Shown here one piece after another: positions 48,778 to 63,211 of a stretch of 64,000 bases of DNA. Location: assembly GCA_965230295.1 (NCBI GenBank), contig OZ246001.1, positions 3,712,001 to 3,776,000 of the forward strand. The letters are read 5' to 3'. Each line of letters begins with the position of its first letter. Within the stretch, counting starts at the first letter, position 1. This DNA is from Marinicella sp. (GTDB lineage Bacteria > Pseudomonadota > Gammaproteobacteria > Xanthomonadales > Marinicellaceae). Position numbers and translations under genes: made by a program. The notes below the pieces were generated by a model, which worked only from the letters and a program-made list of their open reading frames with translations, searched no databases and had not been told where the DNA came from.

Positions 48778-48860
48778 ATCTTTATTAATTAAAAGAACGA
48801 TGTCTCGACACGGCTTTGTGTCGGTGACCTCATTGTATTTTTAAAGATTTAGGAAAACAC

Positions 48861-50164
48861 ATGAACATTAAAAATCAGAGCATGCCTTGGCGCATGTTCA
48901 ATTGGTCGGGTGCCAGCAAATGGTTATTTGCGATTTCGCTGATAGTATCAGGTCAACTTCTTGCCGATGATATCAACCTGGAAACAGCCATCAAACTGAT
49001 GTCTGAACGCAATCCAACTCTTAAGGAGTTTGAAATTCGCAAGCGCATCCTTGGTGGAGCAAAAATAACAGCTGAATTAAATCCTGAATTGGAGGCTGGC
49101 ATTGAAGTTGAAAACTTTGCCGGTACCAACCCATACAGTACATTCAGACAGTCTGAACTGACAGTGGCGCTGTCATCAGTGATCGAGCTGGGTGGTAAGA
49201 AAGAATCCAGGAATAACCTGGTATTAAAGCAGCATGAATTACTTGATGCCCAAAGGAAAGTTCACTCTCTGGATCTCATTTCTGGATTGACCGAGCAGTT
49301 TATTGAAACCCTCGCCACGCAAGAACGCATAAAGTTGGCCCATGAATCTGTCCAGTTAAACGAAGACATTTTTAAATCGGTTAAACGCAAAGCAAATGCA
49401 GGGGCGATCAGCGATGTCGAGGTTAAGCGATCTTTTGCAGCATTAAAGCAGGCTCAATTAACCCTCAATGCTGAACAACTTAAACTTGATCGGCAAAGGG
49501 TTAATTTAAGCCTTCTTTGGGCAGATAAAAACCCAAGCTTTGATCAGCTTTCAGGGTCGCTTTTTAATTTCGGTCATATCAAAGACTTAGAACTGGTCAT
49601 GAGCAATTTGGAACAGTCAAGCCTGATTGCTGTATTGGCTGCAAATCAACGCATGGCTGAGTCACAATTGCAAATTGCTCAAGCTGAGTCAAAGGCTGAC
49701 ATCAGCTGGTCATTTGGGATTCGTAGGATAGAAGAAAGCAATGACAATGCATTAACCGCTGGGTTTTCTATTCCGCTTTTTAAGAAGAAAAGAAATGAGG
49801 GCGCACTGATTGAAGCAGCAGCTGAAATTGAAGCCCTGGAGACAAAACAAAACATCGCTCTGCTTGAATTATTTGGTCAGGCCAATGGGTTGTATTCACT
49901 CAGAACATCAGCACTTGAGCATTATTCGGTTCTTGAGGGTGAAGTCATTCCAGCGCTATCAGAAGCACTTTCTTTGACCACGGCAGCCTATTTGGATGGC
50001 AGGTATGGTTATCTGGAATATTCGGCTGCACGATCAGAGTTGATTCAATCGAAAAAGGCATTGATTGACACTGCCGAAAGCATTTTGAAATATGGTGTTC
50101 AGCTGGAACGAATTACGGCTGAATCTGTTTATGTAGACCCCACAAATAATCAAGGAGCAGGTTC

Positions 50165-50168
<4 letters not shown>
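48861..50168 (+). CDS. czcC: CzcC-type outer-membrane efflux protein (TolC family)
   Basis: NPEL...VENFAG, IELGGK, FSIPLF, Y.DGRYGYLE. Confidence 0.85.
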
Positions 50169-54183
<4,015 letters not shown>

Positions 54184-54194
54184 GTATACCACCC

Positions 54195-54235
54195 TCATAC
54201 TTGGCTTGATTCCATTGGTTTTAAGTCAAGTATGA
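54195..54235 (+). terminator. Stem-loop after czcA
   Basis: TCATACTTGGCTTGA / TTAAGTCAAGTATGA. Confidence 0.55.
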
Positions 54236-54242
54236 AATTCGC

Positions 54243-54273
54243 TTGACTCTATAGTTACTGCAGATATTATCAT
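54243..54273 (+). promoter_or_regulatory. MerR-type promoter/operator 2 (near-copy of operator 1)
   Basis: TTGACT-CTATAGTTACTGCAGATAT-TATCAT, 19-bp spacer. Confidence 0.85.
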
Positions 54274-54301
54274 CTCAGCTTATTAATTATTGAGAGAAAA
54301 A

Positions 54302-55066
54302 ATGAGTGCTAAACCACATATACGTACAGAGAAACTTGATGGTCAATATGAGCTTTTAACTCAAAAAACACCCATTCTAGATTATGAAAATAAACACATC
54401 CAAAAACTTATTGTAGAGCGTGGATGGAAGAAATTAACTGACTATGAAAAGATTGGTGCGGCATATGATTATGTACGCAATGAAATTTTATTCGGGTATA
54501 ACAAAGGTGATGACATATCTGCCAGTCAGGTTCTTGAAGATGGTTACGGCCAATGTAACACCAAGGGGAATCTGTTGATGGCCTTACTTCGAGGTTTAGG
54601 CGTACCATGTCGTTTCCATGGCTTTACAATCGACCAAAATCTGCAAAAAGGAGCCATTCCAGGATACATATTCTGGCTGGCACCAAAATACATCATTCAT
54701 AGTTGGGTTGAAGTACTCCATAGAGGACAATGGGTAAATTTAGAAGGCTTCATTTTGGATAAAACATACCTGAATTCAATTAAGGCAAAGTTTCCTGATG
54801 TAAATGGTTCTTTTTGTGGCTTTGGTGTAGCGACTAAATGTCTGTCCAACCCAGAAGTTGAATGGCTGGGTAAAGACACCTACATTCAAAAAGAGGGCAT
54901 ACATGATGACTTTGGTGTTTATGATTCACCAGATGACTTCTATACAGAAAAAGGAACCAACTTATCTGGTGTTAAAAAATGGCTTTATGAACGCTTCATA
55001 CGACATTTAATAAACAGGAATGTAGCAAAGCTTAGGAAAGAAAACCATGCTGCTGGTCTTGGATGA
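54302..55066 (+). CDS. Transglutaminase-like protein
   Basis: GYGQCNTK..LLRG.G.PCRFH, HSWVEV..W..LEG. Confidence 0.85.
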   Translation: MSAKPHIRTEKLDGQYELLTQKTPILDYENKHIQKLIVERGWKKLTDYEKIGAAYDYVRNEILFGYNKGDDISASQVLEDGYGQCNTKGNLLMALLRGLGVPCRFHGFTIDQNLQKGAIPGYIFWLAPKYIIHSWVEVLHRGQWVNLEGFILDKTYLNSIKAKFPDVNGSFCGFGVATKCLSNPEVEWLGKDTYIQKEGIHDDFGVYDSPDDFYTEKGTNLSGVKKWLYERFIRHLINRNVAKLRKENHAAGLG

Positions 55067-55245
55067 TTTTTTACAGCACCATCTTGTTGAATTTACCATT
55101 CATAATCAATCATTTAAAAAAATATGTGAATTTTCGGGGGAATGTGCACAAAACCCCTACATGGAAGTTATTTGAACAAATTCACTATTTTTATATCTAA
55201 GGAACAGTATTGTTGAGTTATCAGCTTTATTGTAAACTTTACATC

Positions 55246-55599
55246 ATGAGTATTTCACTGCCACAAACAATTGTATTGATAATCAGCCTGGTATTCCAAG
55301 GTGCGATTGCTGATGCCGGTACATGTGATATGCCTATGGAACCCTCAATGTCGGAGGACCATGCATCAATGGATGATCACTCTCATCATGATATGGTAAT
55401 GGATAACGATCAAGTCAAGGAGGACAATTGTTGTGGTGATAATTGTGAATGTCTGATGTTTTCTTGCCAATTGGTATTTTCAATACACAATCGAAGCTTA
55501 AATCTTCATCAGTTCAAATCACAACTTTTCGACTTCACTAGTTCGTCCATTTCATTGGGCATCAAAACATCTATCTATCGCCCACCCATTTTTGCTTAA
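55246..55599 (+). CDS. Met/His/Cys-rich CopL/DUF2946-like leader protein
   Basis: Signal-like N-terminus, MDDHSHHDM, NCCGDNCEC, C-terminal IYRPPIFA. Confidence 0.7.
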   Translation: MSISLPQTIVLIISLVFQGAIADAGTCDMPMEPSMSEDHASMDDHSHHDMVMDNDQVKEDNCCGDNCECLMFSCQLVFSIHNRSLNLHQFKSQLFDFTSSSISLGIKTSIYRPPIFA

Positions 55600-55680
55600 C
55601 ACAGGATAATTGCGTCTGAAATTTGTGGGCTTTGCCCATTTCAGGCATCTTTGTATTTACAGCAAAAATGAGATTTTTTA

Positions 55681-56988
55681 ATGAGGCAATCAATTCTCGC
55701 CATCCTATGTTTGGCGCATTACTCAAACCCATTAGAAGCTGAGTCATTAGCACCAATGGAGTCAAACCTCTTATTTGAGGAAACCATTAAATCGGCAATC
55801 AAGAATGACCCTTGGCTTGAGGGAAGTATTCACAGGGAAAAATCACTTAATTCATTGAGTGTCGCAGCAGGACAACTCCCTGATCCAAAGGTGTCAGTTG
55901 GACTTGCAAACTTGGCTACCGACACGTTTGATTTTGATCAAGAAAGGATGACTCATCTGAAATTGGGTTTTTCTCAAGCGTTTCCTCGCGGCAAAACCAG
56001 GAAGCTTAAACAGGCACAACTGGATTTGCAAAGTCAAAAATATCCTTATTTGAGGGCAGATCGAATTGGTCAGATTACCTTGCATGTGGGCAGTCAATGG
56101 CTTGACTTGTTTGAGACACAAGAAAGCATTCGGATCATCAAAGACAGTCAACGTCTGTTTGAAAATTTGGTTGATGTCGCAGAAAGCAGTTACAGCTCGG
56201 CCATTGCAAAAACCAATCAATTGGACATCGTGCAAGCAGAACTGGAGTTGTCATTGCTAAATGACAGGCTCACGGTGTTAGAGCAGGGCCATCAAATGCA
56301 ACTGGCTCAATTGTCACGGTGGCTCAATCGTGATTTAGGTGAAAACAGTGTTGTTGATAAACAGTTGCCGAACATCGACCTCACTGAAAAAGAAGACATT
56401 GGCTTGAGACAATTCATGCGCCATCCAGCGATTTTATCTGTTGATAAGAACATTGAATCCGAGGCAGTTGCAATCAAGCTCGCTGAGCAACAATTCAAGC
56501 CGGCATGGTCATTGAATGCGGGCTATGGATACAGATCGAATGACCCCTCAGGGCTTGATCGATCTGACTTGCTTTCTGTCGGTGTTAGTTTTGATTTGCC
56601 CATTTTTACCGCCAAAAGACAAGACAAAAACTTGGATGCAGCCGTGCAATCACACAGCGCGTTGTTAACTGACAGGGAAGATGTGATTCGAAAGTTGATG
56701 GCCATTAATGCTGAAAACTCAGAAGCCATTGTGGGTCTGAGAAAAAGAGCCAAACTATATCAAGAAGAACTGCTTCCCCAGACCAGAGAAAGTGTCGAAA
56801 TCGCTTTGAGGGCTTATTCAAGTGATGAAGGCACATTCAATGATGTGATCAGGGCTCAGATTGCTGAATTGGACGCATCGCTACAACTGTTAAAAATTAA
56901 TGTTGAAATACAAAAAAGAATCTTATCTGTCAAATACACTCGCATTAGCGAAACAAACCACATAATTTCAAGAGGAGGGGACTCATGA
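55681..56988 (+). CDS. cusC: CusC-type outer-membrane efflux protein (TolC family)
   Basis: LPDPKVS, QERMT..SQAFPRG, FDLPIFT..RQD; first gene of the cus operon. Confidence 0.75.
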   Translation: MRQSILAILCLAHYSNPLEAESLAPMESNLLFEETIKSAIKNDPWLEGSIHREKSLNSLSVAAGQLPDPKVSVGLANLATDTFDFDQERMTHLKLGFSQAFPRGKTRKLKQAQLDLQSQKYPYLRADRIGQITLHVGSQWLDLFETQESIRIIKDSQRLFENLVDVAESSYSSAIAKTNQLDIVQAELELSLLNDRLTVLEQGHQMQLAQLSRWLNRDLGENSVVDKQLPNIDLTEKEDIGLRQFMRHPAILSVDKNIESEAVAIKLAEQQFKPAWSLNAGYGYRSNDPSGLDRSDLLSVGVSFDLPIFTAKRQDKNLDAAVQSHSALLTDREDVIRKLMAINAENSEAIVGLRKRAKLYQEELLPQTRESVEIALRAYSSDEGTFNDVIRAQIAELDASLQLLKINVEIQKRILSVKYTRISETNHIISRGGDS

Positions 56989-58436
56989 AAAACATCATTA
57001 AATTCGTACTTCCAGGCATTATTTTGGGCGTTGTCATCACCATGGTATTACAAAATCAAGCCAGCCAATCCGTGGATGCCACAGCCGAAGAAAAACCCCT
57101 TTATTGGGTCGCTCCAATGGACCCAAACTTTCGAAAGGATCAACCAGGTAAGTCTCCGATGGGAATGGACTTGGTACCAGTTTATGCATCAGATTTAAAT
57201 TCCGAACAAAGCTCTGCTGGTGAAGTGTCTGTCTCTCCCGTGGTTGCTAATAATTTGGGACTCAAGACTGGCATTGCACGTATGGGAACCTTAAAGGGCC
57301 AGATTAAAACGGTTGGCATCGTTCAATATGATGAGAACAAGCTGTTACATGTTCATCCGCGGGTTGAGGGTTGGATTGAACGGTTACATGTTAAATCGAT
57401 GGGTGATCAAGTATCGAAGGGGCAATTGTTATATGAAATCTATTCCCCTGAGCTGGTTAATGCCCAAGAAGAGTTCGTTTTGGCTCTGAAACGCAATAAT
57501 GCTGCTTTGATCAAAGCCTCTGAAGCAAGACTTAAATCTTTGCAAATTCCCGTCGACATCATCAATTTGGTCAGGAAACAAAGGTCTTCTCAACAGACCA
57601 TTCCATATTACTCCCCACAAGACGGGGTGATTGAGCACATAGAAATCAGAGAAGGTTTTTTTGTTAAACCAGGTACCACCTTGATGTCAATCGCAGATTT
57701 AAGCAGTGTCTGGGTGGAGGCACAAGTGCTCGATTACAACAAGCCTGAATTGATCACAGGTGCTAATGCCATCATGCGTTTGAGGGCATTCCCTTATCAG
57801 TTATGGCAGGGAGTGGTGGAATATATATATCCATCCTTGGATCCCAAAACGCAAACACTGAGAGCCAGATTGGTTTTTCAAAATGACTCTGGGTTGCTTA
57901 AACCCAACATGTTTGTTGATGTTGAAATTGACCAGCCTGAAACTGAAGGTTTGCTTATTCCAAAAAGCGCATTGATTCGACTTGAGAACAGTCAACGTGT
58001 GGTTATGAAAACTGATATGGAAATGTATAAAACAGTTAACGTGACCACCGGCGGTTTCGATACAGAGAATGCGCAGATAACCTCTGGCTTGTTGCCAGGC
58101 GATGTTGTGGTGACTTCTGCTCAATTTATGTTGGACTCAGAATCAAGCAAATCATCTGACTTTGATCGCATGAGTTTAAGTGACGCTGAAGATGTGGCTT
58201 TAACCTATGGCATGATTAACACATTAGATCTGGAAAACAGGGTGCTTAACATCAGCCGGGACGCCATTGAAAAGTGGGGAAGGGCACCTGCAACCTTGGA
58301 TTTTAATGTTCCTCAACGCGTTGACATCAATCGCTTTGAAAGTGGACAAAACATTCGATTCTATTTCCAAGTCGATGATGGTGAGTTTTCCATTCTCCAC
58401 GCTGATGTGGTGACAGCTGGGAGTGCTGATTTATGA
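56985..58436 (+). CDS. cusB: CusB-type membrane fusion protein with C-terminal CusF-like domain
   Basis: PLYWVAPMDP..PGKSPMGMDLVP, YSPELV.AQEE, LKPNMF, AQFMLDSES. Confidence 0.85.
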   Translation: MKNIIKFVLPGIILGVVITMVLQNQASQSVDATAEEKPLYWVAPMDPNFRKDQPGKSPMGMDLVPVYASDLNSEQSSAGEVSVSPVVANNLGLKTGIARMGTLKGQIKTVGIVQYDENKLLHVHPRVEGWIERLHVKSMGDQVSKGQLLYEIYSPELVNAQEEFVLALKRNNAALIKASEARLKSLQIPVDIINLVRKQRSSQQTIPYYSPQDGVIEHIEIREGFFVKPGTTLMSIADLSSVWVEAQVLDYNKPELITGANAIMRLRAFPYQLWQGVVEYIYPSLDPKTQTLRARLVFQNDSGLLKPNMFVDVEIDQPETEGLLIPKSALIRLENSQRVVMKTDMEMYKTVNVTTGGFDTENAQITSGLLPGDVVVTSAQFMLDSESSKSSDFDRMSLSDAEDVALTYGMINTLDLENRVLNISRDAIEKWGRAPATLDFNVPQRVDINRFESGQNIRFYFQVDDGEFSILHADVVTAGSADL

Positions 58437-61400
58437 TAGAAGCCATCATCAATTGGTCGATCAAACAGCGTTTCCTGGTGCTATTGGCCACCTTATTTAT
58501 TGTCATCGGCGGTTTATTTTCAGTTAAAAACACACCAGTTGATGCAATACCGGACTTGTCTGATGTCCAGGTGATTGTCAAAACCAATTTTCCGGGCCAA
58601 TCACCTCAGGTGGTCGAAGATCAGGTCACATACCCTTTAACCACCGCCATGCTGTCTGTGCCTGGTGCTCAAACTGTAAGAGGCTTTTCCTTCTTTGGAG
58701 ATTCTTACGTTTATGTCATCTTTGATGAAGATACGAATTTGTATTGGGCCAGGTCCCGGGTTTTGGAATATTTGAACCAAGCAGCATCTCTATTACCTGC
58801 AGGGGTAAAGCCAGAACTTGGGCCCGATGCGACAGGTGTGGGGTGGGTGTATATCTATGCATTGTCTGATTCCAGTAATCAAACCGACATCAGCGAATTG
58901 CGCAGCATTCAAGATTGGTTCTTAAAGTATGAACTGCAAACCGTTGATGGGGTCTCTGAGGTTGCATCATTGGGCGGCATGGTCAAGCAATACCAAGTTG
59001 AGGTGGACCCCAATGCCATCAGGGCCTTAAACATTCCTTTGAACCATGTGGCCCAAGCCATTAAGAAAGGCAATCAAGAGGTGGGTGCTTCGGTGGTTGA
59101 AATGGCCGAAGCTGAGTACATGATCAATGCCACAGGGTATATCCAAAGCATTGAGGACTTGGAAAGCATTCCCATTGGTTTAAACCACAACGGTGTACCA
59201 TTGCTCTTAAAAGACATCGCCAGCATTCGCCTTGGCCCTCAGATGAGGAGGGGCATTGCGGAACTGAACGGTGAAGGTGAAGTGGTGGGTGGTATTGTGG
59301 TCATGCGCTATGGTGAAAATGCCCAGGAAGTTATTAACCGCGTACAGTCGAAACTGCAAAGTCTGGAAAAAAGCCTGCCAGAGGGTGTCACTGTCACCAC
59401 AGTGTATGACCGAAGTGATCTGATCGTGCGGGCTGTGAACAACTTGTGGGAGAAACTCATTGAAGAGTTCCTGGTTGTGATCGGGGTTTGTGTGATCTTT
59501 TTGTTCCATGTGCGCTCCTCATTGGTTGCGATCATTAGTTTGCCGGTGGGCATCCTCGCCGCATTCATCGTCATGAACTGGCAAGGGCTCAATGCCAACA
59601 TCATGTCCTTGGGTGGCATCGCCATTGCGATCGGAGCCATGATTGATGGGGCCATTGTGATGATTGAAAACATGCACAAACACATGGAAAAAACAGAGTT
59701 AACGAACGAGAATCGCTGGGAAGTGGTGGCAAAGTCAGCTTCGGAAGTCGGACCGGCTTTGTTTTTCAGCTTGTTAATCATTACCGTCAGTTTCTTTCCT
59801 GTGTTCTCCCTGGAAGCACAAGAAGGGCGCATGTTTTCTCCGCTTGCATTTACAAAAACCTATGCCATGGCCGCTGCTGCTGCCTTGGCAATCACACTGG
59901 TTCCCGTGCTAATGGGTTACTTCGTGAGGGGTAAAGTTATGGCCGAGCACAAGAATCCGATCAACCGTTTTCTGCTCAGACTGTACTTGCCGACGCTCAA
60001 AGCTGCATTGCGTTTTCCCAAATCAACTTTGCTTCTGTCTGGTATCATTCTCGCCATCAGCATTTGGCCGGCGCAGCGTATTGGCACTGAATTCATGCCC
60101 CAATTAGATGAGGGCGATCTGATGTACATGCCCACCACTTATCCAGGAATCTCCATTGGTGAGGCACGAGAATTACTACAACAAACAGACAAGTTGATCG
60201 CCACAATCCCTGAAGTCAAAAATGTGTTTGGAAAAATAGGGCGAGCGGAAACCGCAACCGATCCTGCACCACTGACAATGATCGAAACATTCATTCAACT
60301 CAAACCGAAGTCGGAGTGGCGTGCCGGTATAAAAACTGATGACTTAATCCAAGAGTTAGACTCCCTGGTTAACATACCAGGATTGACCAATGCCTGGGTG
60401 ATGCCAATAAAAACCAGAATTGATATGCTGGCCACCGGTATTAAAACACCAGTGGGCATCAAAATTGCTGGACCAGATCTGGATGTCATTCAAGGGATTG
60501 GGCAAGAAATTGAGTTGATGTTGGCTGATGTTGATGGCACCGCTTCTGTTTATGCTGAAAGGGTCTCCGGTGGACGCTACCTGAAAATTGACATTGATCG
60601 TTTGGCTGCCGCAAGGTATGGCTTGAATATTCAAGACATACAACAATTCATCAGTCTGGCAGTGGGCGGTAAAAACATTTCTCAAAGCGTAGAAAAATTG
60701 GAACGTTATCCCATTAACCTGCGTTTCCCACAACACCTCAGAGACACACCTGAATCCATCTTAAACCTGCCATTAATCACACCCAACGGAGAGCACATCG
60801 CTCTGGGTGAGATCGCCGATGTTTATTTAGAAGATGGACCACCTGGGATTAAAAGTGAAAATGCGCGCATCAATGGCTGGGTATTTATTGATATTGAAAA
60901 CATCGATGTGGGTCGGTATGTGGACATTGCAAAGGCCACACTGGAAGAAGGGTTGGCTTTGCCTCCAGGGTATTCAATCACATGGTCCGGCCAATATGAA
61001 TACATGCTGAGGGCGAAAGAAAAGTTAACCTACTTAATCCCAATTACATTGTTGATCATCACTATGTTGCTGTTTTTCAATTTCAAAAGCTTTTTGGAGG
61101 TGGCTATCATTATGGGTACCTTGCCATTTGCTTTGGTCGGTAGTATTTGGCTGATGTATTGGTTGGGCTTTAACTTCTCGGTATCAGTTGGCGTTGGGTT
61201 TATTGCATTGTCAGGTGTGGCGGTTGAAATTGCGGTAATCATGTTGAACTTTCTCAACAACAGTCTTGATGCACTCAGGCAGAAATTAAAAGAATCCAAT
61301 GACACTTTGACTAATGCGCTGTTGAAACAAGCGGTTTTGGAGGGATCCGGATTACGGGTTAGGCCCGTAATGATGACTTCATTGTCCATCATTGTTGGAT

Positions 61401-61546
61401 TGTTACCCATACTGTTCAGCCAAGGCACTGGTTCTGAAGTCATGAGCCGAATCGCAGCTCCTATGGTTGGTGGCATGATCAGTGCTTTGATTTTGACACT
61501 GATAGTGCTACCGGTAATTTACTACCTTTCAAAAAGCCTGGATTAA
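58433..61546 (+). CDS. cusA: CusA-type Cu/Ag RND transporter
   Basis: DAIPDLSDVQVI, GPDATGVGWV, DLMYMP, DPAPLTMIET, GSEVMSRIAAPM. Confidence 0.93.
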   Translation: MIEAIINWSIKQRFLVLLATLFIVIGGLFSVKNTPVDAIPDLSDVQVIVKTNFPGQSPQVVEDQVTYPLTTAMLSVPGAQTVRGFSFFGDSYVYVIFDEDTNLYWARSRVLEYLNQAASLLPAGVKPELGPDATGVGWVYIYALSDSSNQTDISELRSIQDWFLKYELQTVDGVSEVASLGGMVKQYQVEVDPNAIRALNIPLNHVAQAIKKGNQEVGASVVEMAEAEYMINATGYIQSIEDLESIPIGLNHNGVPLLLKDIASIRLGPQMRRGIAELNGEGEVVGGIVVMRYGENAQEVINRVQSKLQSLEKSLPEGVTVTTVYDRSDLIVRAVNNLWEKLIEEFLVVIGVCVIFLFHVRSSLVAIISLPVGILAAFIVMNWQGLNANIMSLGGIAIAIGAMIDGAIVMIENMHKHMEKTELTNENRWEVVAKSASEVGPALFFSLLIITVSFFPVFSLEAQEGRMFSPLAFTKTYAMAAAAALAITLVPVLMGYFVRGKVMAEHKNPINRFLLRLYLPTLKAALRFPKSTLLLSGIILAISIWPAQRIGTEFMPQLDEGDLMYMPTTYPGISIGEARELLQQTDKLIATIPEVKNVFGKIGRAETATDPAPLTMIETFIQLKPKSEWRAGIKTDDLIQELDSLVNIPGLTNAWVMPIKTRIDMLATGIKTPVGIKIAGPDLDVIQGIGQEIELMLADVDGTASVYAERVSGGRYLKIDIDRLAAARYGLNIQDIQQFISLAVGGKNISQSVEKLERYPINLRFPQHLRDTPESILNLPLITPNGEHIALGEIADVYLEDGPPGIKSENARINGWVFIDIENIDVGRYVDIAKATLEEGLALPPGYSITWSGQYEYMLRAKEKLTYLIPITLLIITMLLFFNFKSFLEVAIIMGTLPFALVGSIWLMYWLGFNFSVSVGVGFIALSGVAVEIAVIMLNFLNNSLDALRQKLKESNDTLTNALLKQAVLEGSGLRVRPVMMTSLSIIVGLLPILFSQGTGSEVMSRIAAPMVGGMISALILTLIVLPVIYYLSKSLD

Positions 61547-61565
61547 GAAATAAATAAAAGATGTT

Positions 61566-61601
61566 TATGGTCGTGAACACTTCATTGCGTTCACGACCGT
61601 A
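61566..61601 (+). terminator. Stem-loop after cusA
   Basis: TATGGTCGTGAAC / GTTCACGACCGTA. Confidence 0.6.
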
Positions 61602-61692
61602 AGGTTAATTAGAAGCAAAAATCAAACCCAAAAGACATGTTGTACCAATGGGGTTAGATTTTTTAAATCGAATATTTAAGAAGAAAACAATC

Positions 61693-62394
61693 ATGAACAA
61701 ACAGAAACTATATCGATACAGTCGAAAAATTCATAAATGGGTAGGGCTCTTCATTGCATTGCAAGTGCTATTCTGGATTGTTGGGGGGCTTGTAATGAGC
61801 TCAATACCCTTGGATAAAGTCCATGGCAAGCATCTTCATAAGAACTCAGCTTTGGAGCAAACTACGATTTCTGATTACCAGGTGTCGATTGCCTCTGTTC
61901 TAAATAAGAACTCACACAATCCAACATCTATAACGTTCTACCGAGTCAACCAAGAGCCTGTTTACGAAATTGAAGACCAGAGTAAATATTATTACTCAGG
62001 CATTACAGGGGATCATTTAGAACCACTTTCTAAAACACAAGTACATGAGTTAGCAAAAAAATATTTCACAGGACAAGAGGCAGTTAAAACCTCTGAGTTG
62101 ATTGATCAAATACCACTGGAAGCTTCAAAATTGAAAGCGCCTGTATGGCAAATATCCTTTGATGATTTTGTTAATACTACTTTTTATATTCACCCATACA
62201 ACGGACAACTGTTAACTGTAAGAAGTGACATTTGGCGATTGTTTGATTTTGTGTGGATGCTTCACATTATGGATTACGACACACGCGATGATTTTAACAA
62301 TCCATTGTTGATCACTTTTGCTGCTAGTGCACTCATATTCACAATCAGTGGAATAATTTTATTATTCCAGGTGTTTAGAAGGAGAAAACGTTGA
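61693..62394 (+). CDS. PepSY-associated TM protein
   Basis: RKIHKWVGL..WIVGG, WRLFDFVWMLHIMDY..FNN. Confidence 0.82.
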   Translation: MNKQKLYRYSRKIHKWVGLFIALQVLFWIVGGLVMSSIPLDKVHGKHLHKNSALEQTTISDYQVSIASVLNKNSHNPTSITFYRVNQEPVYEIEDQSKYYYSGITGDHLEPLSKTQVHELAKKYFTGQEAVKTSELIDQIPLEASKLKAPVWQISFDDFVNTTFYIHPYNGQLLTVRSDIWRLFDFVWMLHIMDYDTRDDFNNPLLITFAASALIFTISGIILLFQVFRRRKR

Positions 62395-62575
62395 GAGCAC
62401 ACTGATTAGCGTTTCTCCAAATATCAAGGCCTTAAGCGATTGAACTGGTTATGACTAGCCTTTATGAACTGTTTAAAAAAGGGAATCTATATCCGACCTC
62501 ATTAAATATGCCAAAAACCTCTTGACCACCTCGATTATTTTGATCACAATAGAGGCTTTAAAAATCGAGGTGCGT

Positions 62576-63211
62576 GTGAGCCAAGAATCAAAAACAGTCG
62601 ACGATAAGGTAGAAGTGATCAACAAATTGAGCCTTCTTGGGATTTCTATTGATCAGGTCAAAGAAATTGCTCTAAGAGCAATAACTGCTAAGTACAACGC
62701 TGTCAGCAACCACCCTCAGAATGCAGGAGGTATGTTGGCCTACATTGAAGGTGTCAAAACCTTAAGGGATGAACTCGGAAGAGACAGTGATTGGGAGCTT
62801 GCCAGGCCAAACAACATGGAAACCATTAGGAACTCAAAAACTAAAATTGAATTTGCATATTCTAATGTTGATTATTCTTGCAGGGCAGAGCATAACCCCC
62901 AACCCCTCTCTAAAAAAGGCAAGGCCTCAAAAAAGGCAGTCGACAATAACCAGTTACCTTTGTTTGGGGATGACATTGATTCTACTACGGTTGGAAACTA
63001 TCAACTGTGGTACGTTTTAGTAAGTGAAAAAAATGGACATATAAATGCTGAGGTTTCTCTACCAACATCAATGGAAGACGGTTGTTTTACGTCATTTAAA
63101 GAACGAATATTTTGTGTGATTAACGCCACTACTGATGAGATCGGTGATCTTTACGATGTGTCTAACGATGAATTAGAATACGACGACGAAATCACCATAT
63201 CAAGAAAATGA
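62576..63211 (+). CDS. Putative toxin of RosmerTA-like pair
   Basis: HP..AGG..Y..G...LRD.L..W, KG..S, AEVSLP..F..F.ERI; ATGA-coupled to HTH-peptidase. Confidence 0.55.
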   Translation: MSQESKTVDDKVEVINKLSLLGISIDQVKEIALRAITAKYNAVSNHPQNAGGMLAYIEGVKTLRDELGRDSDWELARPNNMETIRNSKTKIEFAYSNVDYSCRAEHNPQPLSKKGKASKKAVDNNQLPLFGDDIDSTTVGNYQLWYVLVSEKNGHINAEVSLPTSMEDGCFTSFKERIFCVINATTDEIGDLYDVSNDELEYDDEITISRK

